A stretch of 63,194 nucleotides of DNA, filler included, from Phoronis australis (Eukaryota > Animalia > Phoronida), in NCBI GenBank assembly GCA_002633005.1. It is 5 parts of 5 records of this genome, joined end to end, with 100 filler letters (N's around TTAATTAATTAA, not from the genome) between each part and the next. Parts side by side here need not be neighbours in the genome. Positions count along the whole stretch, not along the records: positions 36,408 to 57,989 come from NMRA01000054.1; 4 more parts are not named here. One strand, written 5' to 3'. How positions within the stretch are numbered: position 1 is the first letter of the stretch; each line of letters starts with the position of its first letter. The position numbers and the translations under genes were made by a program. Below the pieces are notes generated by a model that was not told the origin of the DNA, did no database searches, and saw nothing but the letters and a program-made list of their open reading frames with translations. This document shows, piece by piece, positions 38,050-49,400 of the stretch.

Positions 38050-41000
38050 GAACCATGTCTAAAAGTCAAGGTTAACACCCAACCGCGCCATCTATCAGAA
38101 CAATCAAAACTAAACTAGGTACCGTAAAAACTAAAAGCCGTTGCATGACATCCCAGGGGACATCACTAAGACAGGCATAGCTGAACTAAAATAGTATAAG
38201 AAAATAAACTGTAATAACAAGAAAATATGTCCTTGATACTAATGTATTCATCAATGATCCATGTAAATGACTGGAAGATACAGTGTCTACGCAATGTCCT
38301 TCTGTTCACCGTTACGAACAGTGTGAGTTTGGTTATCGGTATCTTAAAAACTTCACACTAGGATATCTACCATCCACAATACGAGTCAGATTATCAGCAC
38401 TAGAATAAGTGTTTTTTATCTCACCAGTTTCCAGTAACTGAGCTTCACGTTGTCTTCAACGACCAAGACAACATCGTCACGCTCGAGGTTTTCTGTCACA
38501 GAAGACAAACATTTGAATGTTCACCATCCAACGTTTCCATCGACCATCGCGTTGCAAAGTTCACGCCGTTTCCTCGAGTCCCCAATATAGTCGTTTCATG
38601 GAATCGACGGGGAAGGTAGAGAACCTCTGCCAACACGGAAGTGGTTAGGAGTGATGGGAGGGACGACATCGTGGTGGTTGGTCTGCAGTTCAGTAAGCCG
38701 GATATCTGGCAGAAACCTGTTTACCATTCGACTAAGGAAAGCTTGTCTTCTTGTACAAGTTTTCGCATTGACTTTTTGACTCCTTGAACAAGCCGTTCTA
38801 CAACGCCTTGGTGATGAGTACACGGCACACGTGAGCACAGCACAGTAGCTTTTGGACACAGTAAACTTGACTTTCACTGACCCAAGATAGTCCACTACGA
38901 TGGTATAAAACGGCGGAGTGTAAGGTGTTGCACGGTAGTCTGGTAATTTAGTCATTTGTTGCGTAACTGGCTTGTTACGGTGACGTCTGCAAGTGAATCA
39001 CTTGTTGGGCGAGGTTGGTGTCTCCAACCAACCAAAACATTTCCCGAACCTCGAATGCTGCTCTGAAATGTCCCCCATGAAGAGGAAACCTGTGCTTCTC
39101 TTGTACAGTCAGTGGGCTGATTTAACTTTTCTTCGGTAAAAAATATGGATAGCGTATGTCAAAAGAAACAGGAGCCTTGCTGAGGCGGCCTGCGACAGGA
39201 TAGATCATTTCATCTGCGTCGAAAGAAAGGGTTCAGTTTCATCAGGTTTGGGTTGCTAAAGTCGATTTTACGCTGAGCACAACGGATCCAATATAACTTA
39301 ACTTCTTTCATCCTCGCACGGGACGGTCACTATAACACTTGAGTTGTTAGCTGCTTCAGCCACTGAGACTTAAGTAGGTCTTTCAGAGACTGGGTACCGG
39401 CAGTCACCATTAGTAAACGTGACCAACAGGAGAACCTCTTAGGATCAACAGAGGGATTATCAGTGATCTTGGCTGCATAAGACTGTGCGTTCCGGAATTG
39501 AAATTTCTGTTCGCAGTCATCTGGGATCACAATCTTCTTAGGTGTTGTGGGCCATTGGTCTGGTGGAAATCTCAGGTATTCGGGGCCGTTGATGACTTGC
39601 TGCATCTCTGGAATAATACATCCACGTGATACCATGACGACGATGTTCTGTTTGTCTGGTACAAATGGCGGTAAGGCTGTCAGTCCAGATCTTCTTGTAT
39701 GCTACTTCGAATCTCAAAGTGTTCTTTACAGTCACCATTAGACGAGAATGGCTTGAAGTCCTTTCCTTGGTATACTGGACTGTTTCAAAGGGGAGAGCCT
39801 GGACCTCGAACATACGAATGTCACCTCTGCTCCATCGTCACTTTAATTTGACCAACCTAGCCAAACATCGATCCATTTCCAGTGCTTCTTCTGAAGCATC
39901 ACTGGTCCCATGAAGGAAAACTTGAGGCAACGACAGACCCCTCAACTTCACTGGTATGAGACATCGTGTGACATCTTTATTGCTGGCATCTTGCAGATCT
40001 TCGTTAATTCTCTGCAGAATAGCGTAAAGTTCGATTTTTTAGTTTATCCCAGTCCATTTCGAACTGCCACAATTTTTGAAAAAAATTCGGGGCCGGACCC
40101 GCATTCCAGACAGTATGCCAAACACGTCCTAATATGAAACTGTTTGTCGTAGTATACCTCGTTTGGTCGCAGCAGCAACTTCACCCACAACACGTTTTAC
40201 GCTAAGTGTGTCCTTCGATAAGTTCGACTGTGTACCAAAAGTCGTAATTACATTGTCAACTGCCGGGTAGAATTGCGGATCACAAACTAATTTGTCGTTT
40301 GACAACCATTTTCATATAGCAAAATTACCCTTTCCAAGGGTGTCAATGAGTCTTGATTTCAGTTGCTTCACGTCCTGTGCCGTTCTGCGTGACTCGCTAA
40401 GATCATCAACGGAGAACTGGTTATGGACGACCTGTTGGAGGTCCTCGTCGTCCTTTGCGTTCTCAGCGGTGACATTGCGCAGTGCAATGATAGCTACTGT
40501 GTTGATTTGTCGTCAAATGTCTCGGTCGTCAATTCATAGATCTTAGTTGGCTCGTTTGGATGTTTTCGAAAGACGCACCGATGGAACCTTGCATCTCCGA
40601 GGAAAATCTTGATAGCTTGAAACATTTTGATGACATCAGCTATTACCCCAACTCCATATTCTCGAAACGGTTAGGCAACATTGAAGAGGTCGTTGTTGAT
40701 ATTGTTTCCTTTAGCTAGTTAGTCATTCAAGGAGTGTCCCTCGAATCGTGCCTTGCCATCGTAAATGAAGCGCACTGGTCTGGTTGTCGATTCCTTCTTT
40801 ACAGCAAAGTGAAGCAAGAACAACATTATAATGTTTGGACAAATTCTTGAGTTCTTCTGATACCGTGGGTCAACACCACGTGAGATTTGATCCTATGTTT
40901 GCTGGCAATAGACTGACCACTTATGCAGTCTGTTCTCAAACTGTTTCTCTAGAGACAGAAGGCGATTATTTGGCAGGCCTTCCGGAGACTTCTTCCAAGG

Positions 41001-42000
41001 TAGTCGGATCTGGTACTTTCCATCATCACACTCTGTGCCGTTCAAGTAATATTGTTTTCAATGATACATTTGCAAAGTCTCGGAGTTAAACCTGCCCCCC
41101 TTTATGCCTACGAAGTCCTCCAGTTCACCGATGACCGATATCTGGACCAAATTTTTGAGCAGCCTGCATCGCACTTCATCATTGGAGCGTCCCCCTGGAT
41201 GTGCCTCCCGAGTAGGCATATTGCACCAATGGGGTCTTCGTTAGGTCGGTTGGTGTGATCACATCTGAATTAACTGCACCCGCATAATACACCTATCACA
41301 GCATTTGGAGCTTTGGTGATGTGCACATCTTGCAGATGGTTATATTGCTGGACTTGATGACGAGTTAAAATTGGCGTGTCCCCAAAAGGTTTCTTCATTT
41401 CAAAAAGTCGTACTTTTTGGATCAGCTCTCCGTCAAAACACTCCAGGGCGCAGTCGACAATTCTCCATCTCTGTTTTGTTGCGTGTCCTCCAACAGTAGT
41501 GAGTTGGAATTCCTGCATACTCTCACCATTGACAGATTTCGGGACAATTTCTTCTAGGAATTAGTGAAACTTGACTGCCTTGGTCAAGAAGAACACGTAC
41601 CAAACACTTCTTAGATCCTTGTCGTAAGTAAGCCGTAACTGGAGTAATACAGAGTTCGGCACCCTTCTTCCCGTTAGCGAAGATGGATGTAGGATTAGCA
41701 TTGACCAAGTTGAACTCTGACGCATGAGTATTGCGGTAGTATGGGTAGACATTGGGTCACCTACGGTAGGATGGGCAAGCATCGAGCTGCTTACGCTAGC
41801 AAGGGTGAACATTGGTTCACTAACGGTAGGATGGGCGAGCATCGAGCTATTTACGGTAGTATGGGCTGGAGCACTCACGGTGATATGGGCCGGCACCGTA
41901 GTACGGGTAGTGACCAGGGCTGCGTACGGTAGAGATGACGAAGCGAAAACTCTTTGCTGATGGGCCATAAACACAAACTGCATCACCAACCCATTGCATG
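38050..42000 (-). mobile_element. Degenerate BEL/Pao LTR retrotransposon (protease, RT, RNase H, integrase)
   Basis: VLLDQGSQVSLI; HFAVKKESTTRPVRFIYDGK..SLND; SRG...NGPEYL..PPDQWP; KRFSCWSRLL; LPDYR..PYTPPF..VDYLG; ITPNHF; DDVVLV...WKL. Boundaries approximate. Confidence 0.9.
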
Positions 42001-43849
42001 TATATGGATGCCACGATAGGCTAGTAAGATATCAAGCATACTCATGAATCAATCGTCTTTCGCCTTCGTGAGTTTGCGAGGTCATGCGAATTTTTTATTT
42101 TATTGCAAGGAATACTCTGCAGGAGTGGGCGGTGCAATATTATTTCATGCCGAAGAACCCGTATCATGAAACTCTTTCTTTCTTCACTTAGACCGAAATC
42201 AGGGCCCGGTCTCCAATCTCCGTACTCAGACTCGAATCATACTCAAACTCGAATTTCATACTCAACTCGAGTACAGACTCAGCTTTGGTGTATTCAATGT
42301 CATACTCGAAAAATGTGTTCTCGAAATTTCGAGCATGTACTCAATTTTCGAGTATACTCGAACTGAAGTGTATCTCATCTATATTTCGATTAAGATTTTG
42401 AGTAAAATTCCGAGTATATGCTCCAAATTCCAAGTTTGGTCTTGCAGTGTGCTTGAAATCGTACTTGAAAATAAATACATGTACGGGCGAGTGAACAAAA
42501 TATCGAAAGGCCACCGACAGACACAGCAACTCTAAAAAATTAAGTCCTCTTACTATATGTCAGCGCTTCAATTTCAGTTCAGAGATAATAATTTTCTCTT
42601 TAAATCTTCTCATTCTTCACCTTATTAACCCGCCGTATCATTGCATGTCATCGCCGCCAATTGACCTATCGCCAGGATTATGACGGACTGCTTAATTGGC
42701 CAATCAGAACGCAGCATTCTTGGAACACCTTCGTCTGCGTTTCCAAGCCGCCATTTTACCCGAAAAACCACACGCAGTCGAGTACAACTTACTTTAATCT
42801 ATAGCTCAAGAAATTGTCCGCTAAGAATGGGGAAACGGTGTTGATATGACGTGTGTAGCACCGACAGCCGTTATGCTGGTCCAGAATAATATCCCGTCAT
42901 TTTTTGGCATGTCCTAAGCCGAAAAATGATGTTGAAAAGCGTAAACTGAACTGTGCGGCCACACGAACAGCTGAACTTAGCGATGTTGCTTGATAACTCG
43001 AAGGCTATAATAAACACAAATATATTAGTTCCAAGATACGCACTTTTCAGCTTGGTGGCTATATGGTGCTGGGGCCCGTTCCAAGAAAACTGTATTAGCT
43101 AAGACAAATCTTAAACTTAAGTCAATTTTAAGACAAATCTTAAGTTTGTCTTAAGTCCGTTCCAAGAAAGTGATCTTAAGTTCGTCTTAAGTTTTTGACT
43201 TAAAGTCCTTGTCTCACGCGTTGTTAACCCTTATTACATGGTTAGAAGATGTTATAAGGATCCAAGAAGTACCTACCCCATAACTAATACACGATCCGTA
43301 CTCGAAAACAGTTTAAATGAACGCGCCACTCACGATTCGCACCCGAAGAAACACCGCCATTTTGAACTTGCCGCGAACCCGGAAGTACAATTCATTCAGG
43401 AACCCAGGCCGAGAAAACGCCGTCAGTGCCACTCGAGCAGTGCCTGTACTGTTACCAGCCAGCAAACGGGGATAAAATGATCGACAGCGCGCCTTAATTT
43501 TAATAAAATCAAACTGCAGACAATTTTATCGAATTTGCTGAAGAAATGTGGCGAATAAATTTTGACAGAAATTATTTTGCCAGACTCGGAACCGCAGCCT
43601 ATCGGACCCGGTGCGGATCGAGACCAGACACTGGCGAACGGTAAATGCATGCGGTTGCAAGCTGTTTTGTCGAAGTAAAATGGTCAAATGATAAATGCTG
43701 CATATATTCAAGGGTAGTTTCAGATACTTGCATGAAATTACGGGCTGGGTAGTCCTGTGTAACACTGCCGCGGCAGATTTTAGTTAGCCTGTCACCAGCA
43801 ACCAGTGAAGACTATAGTCAAAATACAGCTTGTTAGTAGGCCTATACAG

Positions 43850-44003
43850 GGGTGCGTTCAGTAGACGCTAGGACCTACGCTAGGACCTAGCTAAAAAAAC
43901 CTAGTTAAAGTCACATGTTCTTATTCAAAATACACGGCGAAATCTCACGTATTCTCGCGAAGTCTTGCTTTTTAGCGAGGCCCTAGCGTTACTGAACGTG
44001 AGG
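43850..44003. mobile_element. ~150-bp Harbinger-like MITE, copy 1
   Basis: cgttcagta / tactgaacg inverted ends; CAG on both sides. Confidence 0.75.
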
Positions 44004-45335
44004 CAGCTTTGCGCCAAGACTACCCTTAGGCCTAAGTGGTCGCTGGCCACAAACACAAAAAACACGAAAATTGAACAAAGTTTCTTTTTTGTAGCAACGT
44101 TTGTCAAAATGCCATCAACGTTAAATCTTCACAAATTACAAAGTAGCCGATTGAACATGCCTTTCAGTTCAGCTAAAGTCGACATTGTAGGTGCCGCCAG
44201 AAATGAGACGAAGTCCAACGGGAATTGTGAGCACATTTATCACTTAATGAGTAACAACTGCGAGGCTGAAATTTGGTGAACACTGCTAAATTGTGCAGAA
44301 TAGTAAGTAAAGTTATGTCTAACTAAATGTCACCGTAATTTGTTGGCGAAAACAATTTGCACAAAGTTTTAAACTCGTAACTCATCCCGCTGTCCTCCAA
44401 TGTGGCCGACGAGATCCAAACAAAGTGACCCAAGTTTTGCCACAAAACTTGCAATAACTTTACAGTGCTTGCCCCGATTTTGATACTTTTTCGATTTTTA
44501 CTGAGTAGAATGTACTACCTTTCCGAAGATAGCAAAGTACTTTTTCAAAATGAGGAAAAAAAATAAAACCGAAAAAAATAGGTTCGACCCATATTGGTTC
44601 CTAGGTTCGACCGGCCTACGTAAGGAACTAAACACCAATACTATTTTAACATACTAAGTACGCGTAACATTCCAAAAAAAATCAACGACCACAAACTACA
44701 AACTATAAATACACTGCATATGCAAACGAATCACGATACATTACTAATAAAACAATATAATGAAGACTTTTCGAGCAAGCCATAGCACAATCAGTTACAA
44801 GGAAAAAATGGCGGCGGAAAGGTAGTACATTCTACGCAGTAAAAATCGAAAAAGTATCAAAATCGGGGCAAGCAGTGTAAAGTTATGGCAAGTTTTGTGG
44901 CGAAATTTGGGTCACTTTGTTTGGATGGCGTCGGCCATATTGGAGGACAGCGGGATAAGTTACGAGTTTAAAACTTTGTGTAAATTGTTTTCGCCAACAA
45001 ATTACGGTGAAATTTAGTTAGACATATCTTTACTTACTATTCTGCCCGATTCAATAGTGTTCACCAAATTTCAGCCTCGCAGTTGTTACTCATTAAGAGA
45101 AAAATGTGCTCACAATTCCCGTTGGACTTCGTCTCATTTCTGGCGGCACCAACAATGTCGACTTTTGCTGAACATAAAGGCATGTTCAATCGGCTACTTT
45201 GTAATTTGTGAAGTTTTAACGTTGATACATTTTGACAAACGTTGCTACAAAAAAGAAACTTTGTTCACTTTTCGTGTTTTTTGTGTTTGTGGCCAGCGAC
45301 CAGTTAGGCCAAAGGGTAGTCTTGGCGCAAAGCTG

Positions 45336-45486
45336 GCGTGCGTTCAGTAGACGCTAGGACCTACGCTAGGACCTTGCTAAATCCTAGTCAAAGTCACATG
45401 TTCTCATTTAAAATACACGGCAATATCTCACGTAATCTCGCGAAGTCTTGCTTCTTAGCGAGGTCCTAGCGCTACTGAACGGGAGG
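45336..45486. mobile_element. ~150-bp Harbinger-like MITE, copy 2
   Basis: Direct repeat of 43850-44003; CTG on both sides. Confidence 0.75.
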
Positions 45487-46549
45487 CTGTATAGGCCTAC
45501 TAACAAGCTGTATTTTGACTATAGTCTTCACTGGTAGCTGGTGACTGAGGCTAACTAAGGTCTGCCGCGGCAGTGTGACACAGGACTAACCAGCCCGTAA
45601 TTTCATGCAAGTGTCTGAAACTACCCTTGAATATATGCAGCATTTATCATTTGACCATTTTACTTNCAAGGTGAGAGTTGACTTAAAGTTAAGACAAAAA
45701 CTTAAGTCAGTCTTAGCTAAGATTGTTTCTTGGAACGCAAAATAATCTTAGGATTTGTCTTAAGTCAAAAACTTAAGAAAAGTCTTAAACTTAAGTCAAA
45801 AATGAACTTAAGTTAGTTTCTTGGAACGGGCCCCTGGGCTATCTCAGATTTTAACTCCCGAGTTGGCTAAGTCTGGCCGCTTTTGTCTCGGCACCTGCTG
45901 GATCTCAGCACCCTAGCGGTAGTCCCCGGAAATTTTTATTTTATGTTTTTTTATTTATTTCAACCTAATTAACATTATTTTGTTTCGTATCAGAGGTACA
46001 TTTTTGTTATTCATTAACCGTAAGCTGGCGTTCAACTGAACTTCTCTCCCGGTCAAAATTCAGACATTCGATCGGCACAGCGAAGGGCACTGGATTACTG
46101 CCGGAACTCAAAGCCTTGGTCGAGCTGTTGTCACTAAAAATAAACTGTTGAATTACCTCTAGTATACACTATGTCTGTAGAGTTAGAGAGAGCTCATTTT
46201 GGAGTGGTTCAAACATGATATTTAGATTTATGAAGCTTTAAAAAAGAATTTGAGTTATTTTTGTAAATACCCTATTTTTGCAACTACCACACCAGACTTG
46301 TAATCTTTTGTAACCATACCACGACTTAGTGATCATGCTATCTTCAAAATTAAATGAAAGCTAGCTTTATGGAATGAAACTACAAAACAATGCCAAGTTT
46401 ATTAGAAGGTAGGCCTAATTTAAATGCCCTAATGGTGCAAACAGACAATTCCAAAGGCGGATTTGGGGGGGGGGGCATGAGCCCCAGCCCTCCCCCCCTT
46501 GGCTGCCGCCATCAAAATGAAACAGCAACAGCGTGAGGAAATATTGAGT

Positions 46550-46788
46550 TCAGTGACTAGCACCGGTAGTGGAAGAAGGGGGCTCAGACCCCAGATCGCG
46601 GCGGAATCGTGTTCCTGGTTTTTTTTAGCCCACCGATAGATTCTCTGAACAGAAGTTCCAACGGTCTTCATCCCTACATCCCTGGCCCCTGAAACTTTCG
46701 GGCCGCCTGTGCACATACAATCGCACTTTGCCCAATTCCACGTGGCAACATATGTTGGGCCCCCTGTGGTATCCTAGATCCGCCACTG
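46550..46788. mobile_element. hAT-like MITE (CAGTGGCGGATCTAG terminus; related end at 36184)
   Basis: ctagatccgccactg at 46774-46788 is the reverse complement of cagtggcggatctag at 36184-36198. Confidence 0.5.
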
Positions 46789-48093
46789 AATTCCAGACAT
46801 TAATTTTACTTAGACACAGCCCTAGACCTACCGGAGCTAATGGTTTGCCCAGGACAAGATGAGTGTGTACTTGAGCTATGAAACTGAATTTTTTTATCAA
46901 AATATTTCGTTACAAGATTAGAAAAACTATCGAATAGATCTAGTCAGAGACTATAGTGGCATGTGTTGTCTGTAATCTATGACATACTTTACTCCAGGAG
47001 TCCCACCAGTTGTGACCTACTTTTCATTTGGCGAAATTTAGCAGACGACAGAATAATGCGGTGAATCTTCACTGATTTTATTCGAAAGATCATGAAATCT
47101 ATGGAATAATACAGCTAATTCGACTTTAAGGTACATACCCAGCTTTACATGAACATATCGTATCAGTGGCCTTGTCATTTGTAAGGTGAAGGTGGCCCCG
47201 AGGCCGAGGATTTCTTCGGATTTTCGCTGGCTGCTCGAGCACTTATTTTTTCATCGTCACCTTTACAAATTCCCATATCATGAACATACGATTCACTGTT
47301 GAAAAGCATCGCCTCTTGGTCTCTGTCGACGCGTTTTTAAATAGTGCAAAAACACTCATCGATTCCACCCGGAACGTCGTTTAGCGACAGTGTATTTGCC
47401 TCTGACATCTCGTTCGAATGTCGGGTATCACGTGACTTTTCGCATAGGGGCGGAGCTTGCGATAGGTCAATTCATAAACTCCTTACTCTACGATTCCTGG
47501 CAACTGGCGGACCCTTGTCGGCGAGTCATTACAAGTGTCGAAAGCAGTTGCGGGAAAAGTCGTGTGAGAAGTTTGTGCTGCCCTAATTTCAGTAGGTGTG
47601 TCTACGGTTTTTAGGGTTTCCAAAAGACTAGGAGGCGAGTAAAGTTAAAAAGAGTTTGCTTCCCTGTCAGGTACATTTCACGTCATAGTTTAGTCATCTA
47701 TAATTCCTCAATCCCCGAATGGTATTCCAGATTTGGTTTGCAGATTTCTAACTAGACGTCTCGTCCCGTTCACTGGTGAACTTTGAATGCCTGCACATGT
47801 ATTGTTTTTTAACTCACGCGCCAAATGTCAACTAACTTGATACATCCCGGCAAAATACAAAGATACGGTATCAAAGTTTTGACATCAGCGTTGGCCTACA
47901 CAGCAATGGGACAAGTCTAATTAGCAAGAGAGAACGGGTTCTTTGATGTGATAAGCTGTTACAAATTTCTTAAAGGCGAAGGCAACCTTTTTCCATGTCA
48001 TTTTGAGCTAAAATAAGGTTGGTTGGTTATCCTAGACATATTTTCCACTTAATTACAGCTTTTCGTAATTTTATAAATCACTCGTCCGCTACT

Positions 48094-48106
48094 CCGGAAG
48101 TGACGT
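48094..48106 (+). promoter_or_regulatory. ETS-CRE composite motif CCGGAAGTGACGT in left TIR (mirror copy 49533-49545)
   Basis: Exact motif in both TIRs, ~200 and ~130 bp upstream of the two inward-facing ATGs; function inferred. Confidence 0.45.
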
Positions 48107-48307
48107 TTTAGGAGGCAAGCGTTTCCCGCCACTTGGTTTTGCGTTGACTTTACCGTGCGAATCTGTTCTATTCTACTTTTGTTTTGTGCTCTTTTTCAAC
48201 AGTTGTCGCCACCACTTTCCATAGGCGAGTATTCTGCGGCAAGATAGGTTAGTAGAGAACTCAACTACGTTGGATTTAGGGATTGTTTAGTGTGTTGTAA
48301 GCTGAAA

Positions 48308-48605
48308 ATGGCTGGATTCGGTGACCCGTATTACAGTGACAGTAGTGTGAGTGACGGAGACCTTGTTCACAGCAGTGGTGACGAGGAATTTTTTCACGGA
48401 CATTCAGTGGGTGGGTACATGTTTGAGCCCGAGTATAACGAGGCAGAGTACGCACAGGCACAGGCAGCTGTTGAGAGAAACGAGGCAGCTACTGAGGACA
48501 GACGTGGTGACACATCTTGGTGCAAATGCACTGTGTGCGTTGTTATGCCTACCTCAATGGAATGCTTGTGCTGTTCAGAGTTCGACGAGGCCAAGCCACT
48601 ACTGG
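48308..48605 (+). pseudogene. KolX / P2X7-ballast-like (nanor-like) Cys-rich protein, 3' truncated
   Basis: Acidic leader, YMFEPEY, RRGDTSWCKCTVCVVMPTSMECLCCSE; the ORF then reads through antisense transposase DNA to a stop at 48769. Confidence 0.75.
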
Positions 48606-49400
48606 ACGTGGTTAAGTGGACCTCCGGCATACCACGGACAGAGGAACAACTGTCCCACTTGCCAGAGTGTGCCGCGACACACTCCCACATGGATGGTGAC
48701 CTGAGCACCCAAACTGCTTACACCGTGTCGTGTGACTCCCTCGCCACTAACCTGGCACCTTCGAAATAGCTCCAACACTTTAGACAAGTCCAAAATAAAC
48801 TTAGCAAAGTTTGGCTCACCGATCTGTTCACTGGACGACGAACTGTTCTCTTCACTGGGTGTCGAACTGAGCCTGTAATCACTCCCACTACTCAATATCA
48901 GCAGGGCTGCTTAGAGGGTCTGGGCTTGAGAAAACAGCACAGGGCGAAATACTACTGGTTCCAGGAATTGCACGCTGTGGGGTACGTTCGGAGGCACGGG
49001 TGACAGTAGATGAAGTGCCCCCACTGGATCCAGTCATTGTACTGGCCACAGCTCGCGAGGCTTCTCGCTTCAAAAACGCACTTCTCGGGGGTGGCGACGG
49101 GGCACTGCCCGGAATCAACACAGACGAAATGGCATCCTTCTTCAGACGTTGTTTCACAGGGACCTTCATCAGTTCAGCGTACAAATCCCTTTCGTAATCG
49201 GACGGCAGAAAGTGCTTGCCACACACACGGTAATTCTCCGCTGCTTTGTACGTTGCGTGGACGGGTAACGCTGCGTTCTTCACACGAACGAGCCAAGTAC
49301 GGCGAAATGTGTCATCCATCGGAAAGCGATGCAAAGGTACTCCCAAAGCGCACGTGAGCCGATAATTAGTACATCCTGGTAAGCAGCAACAGTGTCGCAT
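48600..49400 (-). pseudogene. THAP-domain transposase N-terminal half, frameshifted, DDE core deleted
   Basis: MRHCCCLPGCTN...LHRFP...W...VCGKHF...LKKDAISS (THAP C2CH); then KFIL..SKVLELFRRCQV and WEC..HSGKWDS...MP in other frames. Confidence 0.85.

Larger units (their letters stand above)
43673..45665. repeat. Long imperfect palindrome: ~850-bp arms (43673-44525, 44815-45665) with 289-bp spacer
   Basis: Arms are reverse complements with scattered mismatches, except for the embedded MITE; the right arm ends at a single N. Confidence 0.9.
43072..45833. mobile_element. Inner PIF/Harbinger-like element
   Basis: TIR gggcccgttccaagaaa; perfect CTG duplication (43069-43071, 45834-45836); cttaag/agacaaa subterminal repeats at both ends. 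Confidence 0.8.
42662..47469 (+). mobile_element. THAP-encoding DNA transposon with AT flanks (ISL2EU- or CryptonV-like, unresolved)
   Basis: TIR tgacctatcgc / gcgataggtca with AT on both sides; degenerate THAP at 42827-43035 (MGKRC*YDVCSTDSRY...PKPK...RPHEQLN...INKHKYI.SK, read across frameshifts). Confidence 0.65.

Noticed and set aside
42203-42480. Regularly spaced short repeats resembling a CRISPR array (also 40-236 and 43085-43205)
   Set aside because: Eukaryotic context, no constant repeat with unique spacers and no cas genes; better explained as transposon subterminal repeats
43400-43560. Myb/SANT-like accessory gene remnant in the inner Harbinger-like element
   Set aside because: Only a short RLNF-like motif followed by a stop; too degraded to call
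48606-48769. C-terminal half of the 159-aa ORF as real KolX sequence
   Set aside because: It is the antisense of the transposase remnant beyond the deletion junction
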